DNA of 64,000 nt from Saprospiraceae bacterium (GTDB lineage Bacteria > Bacteroidota > Bacteroidia > Chitinophagales > Saprospiraceae): the NCBI GenBank assembly GCA_043772905.1, contig JAYVFS010000301.1, positions 2,522 to 66,521 of the forward strand, read 5' to 3'. This document shows, one piece after another, positions 17,855 through 27,363 of the stretch (position 1 is its first letter; each line of letters starts with the position of its first letter). The notes under the pieces were generated by a model. It worked only from the letters and a program-made list of their open reading frames with translations. It had not been told where the DNA came from and did not search any database. The position numbers and the translations under genes are program-made.

Positions 17855-18811
17855 TCAATTATTTTTGACAAAATCCCATGCCCGATATTCTGCCCAAGTA
17901 TGCTCACGGTCATTTGGCAACATAAATCCGCAATGACCGCCTTGTAGTGGCGTTTCAAGATGAATAAACTTGTGTTTTTCAGCTAATTGTATGGGCGAAC
18001 ATTCAGGCGTAAGCATCGGGTCGTTTTGGGCTTGAACAATGAGAGTAGGTATCTTCAATTTGGGAATAAAATTGAGTGCAGAGCCTTTTTCATAAAAATC
18101 ATCAATACTCTTATAGCCGTTTATTTTGACGAAAAAGAGATTTTGTTGCTCTTCCCACGTTTTGGCTTGTTCCACTTCTTTTAAACTCAAAAGTTCAGGG
18201 AAATGCTGTGCCTTAATTTTTACTTTTGGTAAAATACCTTTTTTGAAATACGCCTTATATATATAACGTGAAGGATAGTCCAAAATCGCCGTAGAAGTGC
18301 GCATTTCAAGCGGCGCACTGAACGCAACGACCTTTTTTACTGAGGGGTGCTGACTGACTGCTGCAAATTTCAAGGACACATTGCCGCCCATAGAATAACC
18401 GATTAGGACGACCTCATCGTAGTTTTTTTTCTGCAAAGCATAATTTAAAACCGTCTCGATGTCACCGATTTCACCATGATTGTAGAGTCTAAACGTTCGA
18501 TTCATCTCGCCGCTGCATGAACGACAGTTCCATGAAAGCACATCCCAACCGTTTTTTGCAAATATTTTTGCCGTGCCAAGCATGTAAGGGCGGTTAGAAT
18601 CTCCCTCCAAACCATGTGTTAGAAGAACTAATTTGCGGCTTTTCGTGTCTATCCAATCCAAATCGAGGAAATCATTGTCCGTGGTTGTGATACGTTCACG
18701 TTCATATTTTACGCCAGTAACTTTGCGATATGCGGGGAAAATGGACTGTAAATCGCCATTAAACTGCATGAAAGGGGCTTTTTTGTAAGAAGAATGTCTT
18801 AAATTAGGCAT
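17855..18811 (-). CDS. Alpha/beta-fold hydrolase (YheT-like)
   Basis: 318 aa. HGLEG oxyanion region and nucleophile elbow GYSMGG. Confidence 0.8.
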   Translation of the reverse strand: MPNLRHSSYKKAPFMQFNGDLQSIFPAYRKVTGVKYERERITTTDNDFLDLDWIDTKSRKLVLLTHGLEGDSNRPYMLGTAKIFAKNGWDVLSWNCRSCSGEMNRTFRLYNHGEIGDIETVLNYALQKKNYDEVVLIGYSMGGNVSLKFAAVSQHPSVKKVVAFSAPLEMRTSTAILDYPSRYIYKAYFKKGILPKVKIKAQHFPELLSLKEVEQAKTWEEQQNLFFVKINGYKSIDDFYEKGSALNFIPKLKIPTLIVQAQNDPMLTPECSPIQLAEKHKFIHLETPLQGGHCGFMLPNDREHTWAEYRAWDFVKNN

Positions 18812-18960
18812 AATTATAAAATGTATGAAATTTTTTATGTGTTATTAATTGAATCCTATGAAACAGAAATCGCCCAAAATTGGGTAGGCGCAAAATTACG
18901 TTTTGTTTGTATAAAAAATATATAGTTTGTAGGGTATTGCGAAAGTCAATAGAAGGGGCG

Positions 18961-19220
18961 TATCTTTGTGTCATAATTCAGTTGAAATGTCACAGAATTA
19001 ATTTAGGGCGACTCACTCAACAAAAAAGCATCAACACACCAATCAAATTTGACAAAAACGCAAGTCCCAAGATATAGCTACGGAATGCCGTAGCATAAAT
19101 TTAATTTTTAAATGGTTATGAGTATTGCTGTCAAAGTCGGGAAGACTTCCGAGTTTTCCTGACTTTTAGACGGTTTTTCTCAAAAAAAGGGCGATGGTTT
19201 TAAACCGTCGCCCTTTTTTA
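18961..19220 (+). ncRNA. Candidate small RNA locus (promoter box plus two terminator-like hairpins, no credible ORF)
   Basis: TATCTTTG -7 box at 18961-18968. Hairpin GCTACGG/CCGTAGC with a T-rich tail at 19077-19113. Strong terminator GGGCGATGG/CCGTCGCCC plus T6 at 19189-19220. No family recognised. Confidence 0.2.
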
Positions 19221-19265
19221 TTTTAACTTTCACGTTTCTTTAACGATTGATTTTGTTCAAAAAAC

Positions 19266-19273
19266 TACCTTTG
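19266..19273 (+). promoter_or_regulatory. -7 promoter box TACCTTTG
   Basis: TAnnTTTG match 50 nt upstream of the FKBP gene ATG. Confidence 0.4.
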
Positions 19274-19323
19274 TGCGTCGAAAGTCCGATAAATTATTCC
19301 AATTATTTTAATTCAATTAAAAA

Positions 19324-19986
19324 ATGAAAAAAATTCTCTTGACTTTTGCTGCGGCAATGATGCTTGTAGTAAATGTCTTTTCACAAGATTCAAATCAAAA
19401 AATGGATTCAGTAAGTTACAGCTTGGGCGTTTTGTTCGCTCAAAATTTCAAAAATGGCGAAAACGTCAAAATTGACGCAGCGTCAATGGCAAAAGGCTTC
19501 GAGGAAGCAATCAAAGGTACAGAGGTGATAAAAGCCGAAGCTGCCAATCAAATTTTCAGCAAATATATGCAAGAAGCCAGCAAAGGTAAGTTTCAAGCAA
19601 CCATCGAAAAATGCCAAAGTTTCCTTGCGGATAATGGCAAACGTGCAGGTGTGAAAACAACTGCAAGTGGTTTGCAATATGAAGTTATCAAAGCGGGTAC
19701 GGGTGCCATGCCGAAAGCAACGGACAAAGTAACCGTTCATTATCACGGCACTTTGCTCAATGGAAAAGTCTTTGACAGTTCTGTTGAACGTGGTCAACCG
19801 ATTGATTTTCCTGTCAATGGCGTTATTCAAGGCTGGCAAGAAGGTTTGCAATTGATGCCTGAGGGTTCAAAATGGAAATTTTTCATTCCTTCTGAACTTG
19901 CATACGGTGAGCGTGGTGCAGGTGGCGATATCGGTCCTTACGAAGCCTTGATTTTCGAGGTGGAATTGATTAAGATTAACCAGTAA
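19324..19986 (+). CDS. FKBP-type peptidyl-prolyl cis-trans isomerase (FklB/Mip-like), secreted
   Basis: 220 aa. Signal peptide, Mip-type N-terminal helix region, and FKBP core VHYHGTLLNGKVFDSS ... GVIQGWQEGL ... LIFEVELI. Confidence 0.9.
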   Translation: MKKILLTFAAAMMLVVNVFSQDSNQKMDSVSYSLGVLFAQNFKNGENVKIDAASMAKGFEEAIKGTEVIKAEAANQIFSKYMQEASKGKFQATIEKCQSFLADNGKRAGVKTTASGLQYEVIKAGTGAMPKATDKVTVHYHGTLLNGKVFDSSVERGQPIDFPVNGVIQGWQEGLQLMPEGSKWKFFIPSELAYGERGAGGDIGPYEALIFEVELIKINQ

Positions 19987-19987
19987 T

Positions 19988-20076
19988 TTAATGATGAATG
20001 ATAAATGATGAGTGATGAATCTTACCCCTCAGTAATATTTGTTATTCATCATTTATCATTTATCATTCATCATTAA
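19988..20076. repeat. Inverted repeat built from TGATGA/ATAAATGA words (33-bp arms)
   Basis: TTAATGATGAATGATAAATGATGAGTGATGAAT pairs with ATTCATCATTTATCATTTATCATTCATCATTAA (2 mismatches). The 23-nt loop contains one copy of the CCCCTCAGTA motif. Confidence 0.85.
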
Positions 20077-20077
20077 T

Positions 20078-20755
20078 ATGAGAATAGATATTATTTCAGT
20101 AGTACCTGAACTGTTAGACAGCCCGTTTCAGCACTCCATAATGAAACGCGCGCAACAAAAAGGCTTGTATGAAGTCGTCGTACACAATCTTCGAGACTAC
20201 GGTATTGGTCGGCATAAACAAATTGACGATTATCAATTTGGCGGTGGTGCAGGAATGGTCATGAAAATTGAACCCATAGCGAATTGTATCAACGACCTAA
20301 AAGCCCAACGCTCCTACGACGAAGTGATATTTTTGACCCCAGACGGCAAAAAATTTGACCAACCCATGGCAAATCGCCTATCTATGTATAACAATCTCAT
20401 TCTTTTATGTGGACATTATAAAGGTATTGATGAACGCATTCGAGAACATTTTATCACTTTGGAGGTTTCTATTGGAGACTTCGTTTTGAGTGGTGGCGAG
20501 TTAGCGGCAGCCGTCATGGTGGATGCGATTGGTCGTTTGATTCCAGGCGTTTTAGGTGATGAAACTTCTGCTTTGTTCGACTCGTTTCAAGACAACTTGC
20601 TTGCGCCGCCTGTTTATACACGTCCTGAAGAATACAATGGTTGGCGCATTCCAGATGTTTTGAAATCAGGACATGAAGCTAAAATAAACGATTGGCGTTA
20701 TGAAGAGTCCATAAAACGAACAAAAGACCGCCGCCCAGATATGTTAGAAGATTAA
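20078..20755 (+). CDS. trmD: tRNA (guanine37-N1)-methyltransferase
   Basis: Start moved to [11 protein letters not shown] (the ORF-track start at 20039 lies inside the hairpin). Conserved TrmD blocks: [26 protein letters not shown] and [14 protein letters not shown]. Confidence 0.9.
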   Translation: MRIDIISVVPELLDSPFQHSIMKRAQQKGLYEVVVHNLRDYGIGRHKQIDDYQFGGGAGMVMKIEPIANCINDLKAQRSYDEVIFLTPDGKKFDQPMANRLSMYNNLILLCGHYKGIDERIREHFITLEVSIGDFVLSGGELAAAVMVDAIGRLIPGVLGDETSALFDSFQDNLLAPPVYTRPEEYNGWRIPDVLKSGHEAKINDWRYEESIKRTKDRRPDMLED

Positions 20756-20923
20756 TCCGTTATTTGTCGGTTTTAAATGGGTTTTTGACATATTTTTCAA
20801 AAAATAACGTTAAAGAATCCAAGCGACCCCTCAGTATTTCCGATGATTTATCTAAATTTGTCTCTTTCAAAAAAAACAGATTGATAAAAAAATAAATATT
20901 ATTAAAATAAAATTTGAATAGCA

Positions 20924-21532
20924 ATGAAAAATCTCATTAAAGGCTTCATTTTCGCCTCTTTCGCTTTATCTTTTGCCGCTTGCAAAAATGATAAACCCAC
21001 AACAGAAACTGTTAATACAACGGAAGCTACCGCAACAACAGAGCCTACTGCCGTATCAACAACTATGGCTACGCCTGAAGCGTCAACTGAAACCCAAGCT
21101 GCACCTTCTTCAGGTGTCGCCTCTGTTTCTAAAGCAGCAATTGAACCAGTTAAACCTGCCTCCGCTCAGACAACACCTGCTGCATCTGCAACACCAGCAC
21201 CTGCGGGAAAGTCAACATCGATTAAATTTACAGAAACGAGCTATGCTTGGGGAAGTGTAAATGAAGGCGATAAAATGACTCATATTTTTAAATTCAAAAA
21301 TACGGGTACAAATGACCTTATCATCAGCGATGCACACGGTTCTTGTGGTTGCACAGTTCCAGAATGGCCTAAAGAGCCTATCAAAGCAGGCAAAAGCGGT
21401 GAAATAAAAGTCGTTTTTGACTCAAAAGGCAAACCGGGTGACCAACAAAAAACGGTTACATTGACGGCTAATACAGATCCTGCTAATACCGTTTTGACGA
21501 TTAAAGGTGCTGTAAAACCTGCTGCTCAATAA
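20924..21532 (+). CDS. DUF1573 domain lipoprotein
   Basis: 202 aa. Lipobox LSFAAC, a Thr/Ala/Pro-rich linker, then the DUF1573 core FKFKNTGTNDLIISDAHGSCGCT. Confidence 0.75.
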   Translation: MKNLIKGFIFASFALSFAACKNDKPTTETVNTTEATATTEPTAVSTTMATPEASTETQAAPSSGVASVSKAAIEPVKPASAQTTPAASATPAPAGKSTSIKFTETSYAWGSVNEGDKMTHIFKFKNTGTNDLIISDAHGSCGCTVPEWPKEPIKAGKSGEIKVVFDSKGKPGDQQKTVTLTANTDPANTVLTIKGAVKPAAQ

Positions 21533-21549
21533 TTGTTTAGTATCACTTT

Positions 21550-21598
21550 TTAAGTAAAAAAAGCCATTTCGTACTACGAAATGGCTTTTTTTACTTAA
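21550..21598. terminator. Bidirectional terminator hairpin
   Basis: Near-perfect palindrome TTAAGTAAAAAAAGCCATTTCGTA-C-TACGAAATGGCTTTTTTTACTTAA between convergent genes. Confidence 0.75.
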
Positions 21599-21621
21599 AA
21601 ATATTCATCATTCACCATTTC

Positions 21622-24600
21622 CTATCCGATTACTAATTCAACTTGACTGCCACCACTATCCGATAAAGTGACTTGCAAATATCGCTCAATCTCCATACGC
21701 ATATCCTCGACGTGCGAAATCACGCCCACAATACGGTTTTCTTTTTGCAACGCTTTTAACGCTTCAAAAACCTTTTGCAGCGATTCACTATCGAGTGAAC
21801 CAAAACCTTCATCTAAGAAAAAGAAATTTTGGCGCGCCTGATGCCGACTTTGGATATGGTCACTTAAAGCCAACGCCAAACACAAAGAGGCTTGAAACGT
21901 TTGACCGCCCGACAAGGTGCGTACATCGCGTAGTTGACCACCATTGAGCATATCACGCACAATAAAACTGTTATTATCTGTGATTTCAAGGCGTAATTGT
22001 TGTTTTGTCAATAACATAAATCGCTCATTAGCGGCATTGATGATGCTTTGTAAAAAGACAGAACTGGCATAATTGACAAAACCACTGCGTTGAAACAGAC
22101 CCCTCAGTATGCGAAGGTTTTCCCCACGATGTTCACATACATTTAAGATTTTTTCCGTTTCTTGGCGCTGTTGCAACCGATTGCTCATGTCCTTGATGTC
22201 ACGATTCAATTCGCCAATAATTTGGTTTTGCATTTGAATGTTTTTCTCAATACTTTGAATTTCAATAATTAACGCATGGTGGTTTTCAGAATTATATACC
22301 TGACCTTTGAGCTTTTCATTCAATTCAGTCAGCCGAGCCGAAACAAGTAGTTTCTGATTTTTATATTCATCCAGTTTTTGACGCTCTTCTGATACATTCA
22401 AATTCGTTGCTAAAATGCGTTCAACTATTTCAAAGTTTTCAAAAGGAAAGGCTTTCAATTTGTCATTCAATTCCGAAACAAGAGCCGTTTGATTTGCTAC
22501 TAATGTATTTTGTGCTTGTACCAAAGTATCAATATTCCCCCTCAGTATTTGCCCTTCAGATTGACATTTTTGGATTTGTTTTTCTAAACTTTGAAATTGA
22601 GTTTCAATCGTAATGTATTGTTTTTCAAGGTCTTCCGCCGATTTTTTTAATTCAGATTCAGATTTTGTTCGCCAATCCTCAAAATTTAAAACTTCGATTT
22701 GTGTTTTTAAAACTTGAATAGCGGATTCTTGAGCCGCCGCATCTGCTTGTATATTGCTTAATTCCTTTCGATATCGCTCAATATCCCCCTCAGTAATTTC
22801 TTTGTTTTTGCTGATTTTCCGCAAATCATCTTCAAGTTTTCGCATTGTATTATCAAAATCGGTGGCAGCTTGAATCGCTTTTTCAACAGCCCCAAAGTCG
22901 TTAGATGAAAAAGATTGCCAAGCGAATTTTTGATAATGTGCTTCTAATTTTTGTTTTCCTTCACTCAAAACAGCTTCAATGTTTTGTCGGGCAAAAGTTT
23001 CATTATTGAAATTAATATTGAGCGTAATGAGTTGATTTTCAATATTTTCTAACGTTTGTATTTCTTTTTTATGCTGTGCCAAACGAGCGTCTAAACTTTT
23101 TAAAGTGGAACGCACTTCACTGATTTGCATCAAAGAAGGATGATGCGTTGCACCGCACAAAGGGCAAGGGTCACCTTCCCCAAGAGCCGTTGCCAACGAT
23201 TCCAATTTTTCAGCCGCTTTTAGGTGCAATTGTTCATGTCGAATCTGTTCGTTTTCCGTTTTCAAATCAGATAATTTCAACTTAACTTCTGCAAAAATAT
23301 CTGAAATTTTGGTTTCTGTTGACAACTGAATATTGAGCGATGGCAAATCTTTCCAAACGATAATAGATTTAGATTTATCAATTCCTACCAATTTTTCATC
23401 AAGTCCTTTTCGCTCATTTTCCAATCGCACAATTTCTTTTTGTAAATTAAAACTTTCTGAAAACCAATCTTTTACAGCATTCAGAACACTTAAATTCGGT
23501 TGGTTTTCCCGCAAGGTGACGCGTTGTTTTTCAATTTCAGCCGTTGCTATTTTGTATTTTTCAAGCGATTGATTTTTATCATTCAAATGAATATTGCCTT
23601 TGGCAAGTCGTGCTTCAAGTTTCGCTACTTCGGATTCGGCAACTTGAATACGCAGGATTTTCAGGGCTTCTTCAGCTTGCTTTTTGAGGTTTTCACGCTG
23701 CGCATACTGAGGGGTCAAGTTTTCTTTTGAAAAGTTCAATTTTTCTAACAAAACATTGTTATCTTCAAACTTTTGACTTTTAGTTTCTAATTCAGCCTTG
23801 TTTTTAGATAAATCAGCCGCTAATTTTTTGCGATTTTCAAACAGGTTTTTAAAGGTCAAAAAAACCATTTCATAGTCTTCCATCTGCTTTTGAAGACCTA
23901 AGAAATGCGCTTCAAGGGCAGCTAATTCATCATGCCGTTTTTGGTTTTGTTGCCATTGTTCAAAATCAACTTTAAGCTGTTTTAAGTCATTTTCAGTTTT
24001 TCTGTTTTTGTCAAGTTCGATTTGTTGTTTACTTATATCTGTTTGTAATTCAGCAAGTTGTGCTTTTTTAGTCTCAATGTCTTCTGATTTTATATCGCCA
24101 ATTTGAGTCAATTGACCTTTTAAACCTTGAATTGTTGAATCATTTTGAATCAATAAAACCTTAACTTTCGGCTCTAATTCATAGCGTTCCAAACCGAATA
24201 ATTCACGCATCATCCGTGCCCTTTCGGTATCGCCTAATTGCAAAAAATCTTGAAAAGTGCCTTGCGGAATGATGATTGTTTTTTTGAAATCATCGGGTTT
24301 CAAACCAATCAGTGCTTCAGCCGTTTCGATGTCAATAGGCTTAAAATCACCTTCGATAAGTTCAAAAAAAGCAGGTTGTTTAACTTTTACGTCATTGAAT
24401 TTTTTGCTGTTTCGACTACCAGAAACCTTACTCCGATATAATTTACCTTCTATTTCAAAATCAAAAACAATCAATAATTCGTCGCTACGCAAATTCAAAA
24501 TATTGTAGTTGCGTCCTACCTTACCCATACGTTCCACTTCACCATACAAAGCGAGCATGATGGCTTCCAAAATAGAGGACTTGCCTGCACCGACATTGCC

Positions 24601-24702
24601 AAAAATGCCGAACAGATGGCTCTTCGTGAGTTCTTCAAAATCAATCGTTTGTTCCGTTTGGTAAGAGTACAAACCTTTGATAGTCAATAATTTAGGTATC
24701 AT
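21622..24702 (-). CDS. sbcC: SbcC-type SMC-like ATPase of the SbcCD nuclease
   Basis: 1026 aa. Walker A GNVGAGKSS, a long coiled coil with a central zinc-hook CPLCG, signature LSGGQTF and Walker B FFFLDEGFG. Overlaps sbcD by 4 nt. Confidence 0.85.
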   Translation of the reverse strand: MIPKLLTIKGLYSYQTEQTIDFEELTKSHLFGIFGNVGAGKSSILEAIMLALYGEVERMGKVGRNYNILNLRSDELLIVFDFEIEGKLYRSKVSGSRNSKKFNDVKVKQPAFFELIEGDFKPIDIETAEALIGLKPDDFKKTIIIPQGTFQDFLQLGDTERARMMRELFGLERYELEPKVKVLLIQNDSTIQGLKGQLTQIGDIKSEDIETKKAQLAELQTDISKQQIELDKNRKTENDLKQLKVDFEQWQQNQKRHDELAALEAHFLGLQKQMEDYEMVFLTFKNLFENRKKLAADLSKNKAELETKSQKFEDNNVLLEKLNFSKENLTPQYAQRENLKKQAEEALKILRIQVAESEVAKLEARLAKGNIHLNDKNQSLEKYKIATAEIEKQRVTLRENQPNLSVLNAVKDWFSESFNLQKEIVRLENERKGLDEKLVGIDKSKSIIVWKDLPSLNIQLSTETKISDIFAEVKLKLSDLKTENEQIRHEQLHLKAAEKLESLATALGEGDPCPLCGATHHPSLMQISEVRSTLKSLDARLAQHKKEIQTLENIENQLITLNINFNNETFARQNIEAVLSEGKQKLEAHYQKFAWQSFSSNDFGAVEKAIQAATDFDNTMRKLEDDLRKISKNKEITEGDIERYRKELSNIQADAAAQESAIQVLKTQIEVLNFEDWRTKSESELKKSAEDLEKQYITIETQFQSLEKQIQKCQSEGQILRGNIDTLVQAQNTLVANQTALVSELNDKLKAFPFENFEIVERILATNLNVSEERQKLDEYKNQKLLVSARLTELNEKLKGQVYNSENHHALIIEIQSIEKNIQMQNQIIGELNRDIKDMSNRLQQRQETEKILNVCEHRGENLRILRGLFQRSGFVNYASSVFLQSIINAANERFMLLTKQQLRLEITDNNSFIVRDMLNGGQLRDVRTLSGGQTFQASLCLALALSDHIQSRHQARQNFFFLDEGFGSLDSESLQKVFEALKALQKENRIVGVISHVEDMRMEIERYLQVTLSDSGGSQVELVIG

Positions 24703-25925
24703 AGTTTTTCGTTTTCAGTTTCAACTGCTAATACTTCTTGGAAAAGTAGTTTCAAATCCTCATTCGGTTCTTGATTTTTTTCACGTTTGAAATAGTCCCA
24801 AAATAGTTCCTCAATGCTTTTATCTAGGTCAATATTTTTAGAAATATGAAGCGCATTTACGTCATGAATTTCAGGTCTAATTTCCACAATACCTTTATGA
24901 GCTGCCCGAAGTTGTTGTGTTATTAAAGGGTTCAAATAAGTGTTAGAAACAATCGTGATTTGCACTAAATCATTTGGATATTCAGAAAGCCAAGCAACAG
25001 CTTCATCAATATCTTCAAAACGACCCCGTAGCAATTTTTTATTTTTAGTCAGTTTAATGCGTTGATAATCAACAGGTTGGTTGGGTTTTGCTTCGATAAG
25101 CATGACATATTTTTCTTGATTGTCTTCATTGAAACTAAACGCCAAAGGGCTTCCCGAATAGACAATAGGGCAGGGCATGGAGTCAATCACTTGCTGCCGA
25201 TGCAAATGACCGAGCGCAACATATTGCATTTGTAGGGGAAAACAATCGGTATAGACTGCACCCGCGCCACCGACGTTGATAGACCTTTCGTCGTCCGGTT
25301 CTTCGGGTGGAACACCATTTTCTTTCATCACAAAGAGATGCGCCACACCGATATTGACCCCCTCAGTATCCGCGTATTTTTGAGCCAAAGAGTACCATTG
25401 TTCTGTCAAAATTTGGCGTATATTTTCGTCTGGGTTTTCGACATTGAAGTACTGTTTCAATCGAACTTCGTTGGCGTAAGGCGTCAAAAAAAGGCGCAAT
25501 GGGTAGGCGCAATTTGGCAATTTCAACTCAACAAAACCGCTTTCACTGTTAGTCAAAGCCAGTCCTGTCGGTAAATTGAAAGTTTGAACATGGGTATTCG
25601 GAAAACCACTGAAAATGATACCACATTCACGAGCTAACATCTCAGGTGCTTCTATGCGCTCAGGCGAATCATGGTTGCCAGCGATTGCAATGACTGCTCG
25701 CAAACCATTATTAGCTAAACGTTTACATGTTTTGAAAAATAATTCACTGCTTTCATTAGGTGGATTAAATACGTCGAAAAGATCGCCTGCGATGATGACG
25801 ACATCAGGATTTTCACGTTCTGTAATTTCGCAAATTTCGGCTAAAACTTGCACTTGTTCGTCATGCCGACTGAAATTTTCAAGGCGTTTGCCGAGATGCC
25901 AATCGGCGGTATGGAGAATTTTCAT
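24699..25925 (-). CDS. sbcD: SbcD/Mre11-type nuclease subunit
   Basis: Start set at MKILHTADWHLGK. Calcineurin-like phosphoesterase motifs: DWHLG, IIAGDLFD, GNHD and LGHLH. Confidence 0.9.
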   Translation of the reverse strand: MKILHTADWHLGKRLENFSRHDEQVQVLAEICEITERENPDVVIIAGDLFDVFNPPNESSELFFKTCKRLANNGLRAVIAIAGNHDSPERIEAPEMLARECGIIFSGFPNTHVQTFNLPTGLALTNSESGFVELKLPNCAYPLRLFLTPYANEVRLKQYFNVENPDENIRQILTEQWYSLAQKYADTEGVNIGVAHLFVMKENGVPPEEPDDERSINVGGAGAVYTDCFPLQMQYVALGHLHRQQVIDSMPCPIVYSGSPLAFSFNEDNQEKYVMLIEAKPNQPVDYQRIKLTKNKKLLRGRFEDIDEAVAWLSEYPNDLVQITIVSNTYLNPLITQQLRAAHKGIVEIRPEIHDVNALHISKNIDLDKSIEELFWDYFKREKNQEPNEDLKLLFQEVLAVETENEKL

Positions 25926-26023
25926 AAGTTTAAAAATAGTCATTTAAACAAGGTAAAAACATTATCTTTGGAACAAACTTACCAAAAGTTTTAAACTTAG
26001 TAACATCTAAAAAACATAGTTGC

Positions 26024-26120
26024 TTTTTTGTCATTCTGAACGAAGTGAAAGAATCTGTATAAAATATTGAAAATCAGTAATTTATACAGATTCTTTCACT
26101 GCGTTCAGAATGACAAAAAA
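26024..26120. repeat. Inverted repeat with 40-bp arms, GTCATTCTGAACGAAGTGAAAGAATC family
   Basis: TTTTTTGTCATTCTGAACGAAGTGAAAGAATCTGTATAAA pairs with 26081-26120 (1 mismatch). A single related arm lies at 12301-12331. Confidence 0.85.
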
Positions 26121-26126
26121 AGTAAT

Positions 26127-26481
26127 TTAATTCAACTCGATTTTTGACGTTCCCAACACTTGACCTGTTTTTTTATTTTGCAAAAAAGCGATAAGCAGAC
26201 AGTTAGATAACTGCCAATTTTTCAAAAGTTTAACTTCATGTACCCCCTCCCGATTGTCTCGGGATGTACCATCAGTATTTTTAACCTCAACAGTCTGAAA
26301 ATCAGGTACAACATTATCATGCTTCAAAGTTCGTCCTTCATTTAGAGGAATTTTGGATCATTTGCCTTGAATTATTGGACGATTTAAAGGGTTGATTCGT
26401 CGTTTTTCTACCAACGAAAAAGGATAAAAAGCCATCAGAGACTAGGAGTAGGAGAACTATTTTGTACGAAAACGTCTTCAT
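26127..26481 (-). pseudogene. Possible frameshifted small secreted-protein gene
   Basis: The ATG at 26481 opens a 47-codon ORF with a signal-peptide-like start (MKTFSYKIVLLLLVSDGFLSFF), stopping at 26341. The ORF-track ORF 26127..26327 is open in another frame from 26357. One indel near 26341-26357 would fuse them. Confidence 0.25.
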
Positions 26482-26681
26482 TGTACCGAGTTTAAGTTGT
26501 AAAATTTTTAACAAAATAGAGCAACTGAACTCACGAATTTATCACATTTTAGGTCAAAGAATCACTTTTGCAAAGTTTTTGTCTAAATTTGTTCGATTAT
26601 GAAATTTAAGTAACCCCCTCAGTATTAACATTAGAAATTGATTAACAACTATTAAAAAAATTTAAAAATTAAGAAGTTATT

Positions 26682-27287
26682 ATGAAAAACTCAACAATGA
26701 TGCTTATCGGCCTTGCCGTAGTTTTATTCCTTTATGGCGGTTGTAAATTCAACGGTATGGTACAAACCGACGAAGTTGTCAAGCAAAAATGGGGCAATGT
26801 GCAAAGTGATTATCAACGCCGCGCTGACCTTATACCTAACATCGTAGAGGCTGTAAAAGGCGAAGCTAATTTTGAGAAAAGTGTTCTCGAAGGTGTTATC
26901 ACGGCTCGTGCAAGTGCCACGCAAATGAAAGTGGATGCGTCGAACTTAACACCTGAAAAAATTCAAGAATTTCAAGCAAATCAAGGTCAGTTGACGACTG
27001 CGCTTGGTCGCTTTTTGAGTATTGCAGAGTCTTATCCAAACCTAAAAGCGAATGCTGCTTTTGGTGAGTTGCGTGCGCAACTGGAGGGTACTGAAAATCG
27101 TATTAAAGTGGCTCGTAATGAGTACAACGCAGCTGTTAAGGAATATAACGTCAGTGTACGGACCTTTCCAAGCAACATTTTTGCAGGTATGTTCGGTTTC
27201 AAAGAAAAAGGTGCCTTTGAATCAGATAAAGGCTCTGACAAAGCACCGAGTTTGAAAGGTGCATTTGATACTAAACCACAACAATAA
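26682..27287 (+). CDS. lemA: LemA family protein
   Basis: 201 aa. N-terminal TM helix and conserved LemA blocks: WGNVQSDYQRRADLIPN, SYPNLKAN and RVARNEYN. Confidence 0.9.
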   Translation: MKNSTMMLIGLAVVLFLYGGCKFNGMVQTDEVVKQKWGNVQSDYQRRADLIPNIVEAVKGEANFEKSVLEGVITARASATQMKVDASNLTPEKIQEFQANQGQLTTALGRFLSIAESYPNLKANAAFGELRAQLEGTENRIKVARNEYNAAVKEYNVSVRTFPSNIFAGMFGFKEKGAFESDKGSDKAPSLKGAFDTKPQQ

Positions 27288-27363
27288 CTAATAAATGATG
27301 AAATATGAATGATGAAATTCACTCATCATTCATATTTTATCATTTATCATTCATCATTAATAA

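Noticed and set aside
20039-20077. N-terminal extensions offered by the ORF track (also 28742, 40681..41556, 42611, 44547, 60006, 61413, 25943)
   Set aside because: The extensions read through hairpin repeats or spacers and add residues absent from the conserved family N-termini. Internal ATGs give canonical starts ([76 protein letters not shown]).
21622-25943. Apparent enrichment of the motif in the genome-maintenance genes sbcC (4 copies) and sbcD (1), as reported for DUS/USS
   Set aside because: Five copies in 4.3 kb is about 1.2 per kb, indistinguishable from the window average of 0.9 per kb. There is no support from one window.
21622-25943. The SMC-like ATPase plus nuclease pair as a defence system (Lamassu/Wadjet/Gabija-like)
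   Set aside because: The zinc-hook CPLCG coiled coil, the Mre11-type phosphoesterase motifs and the 4-nt overlap are those of canonical SbcCD. No extra effector or partner genes are present.
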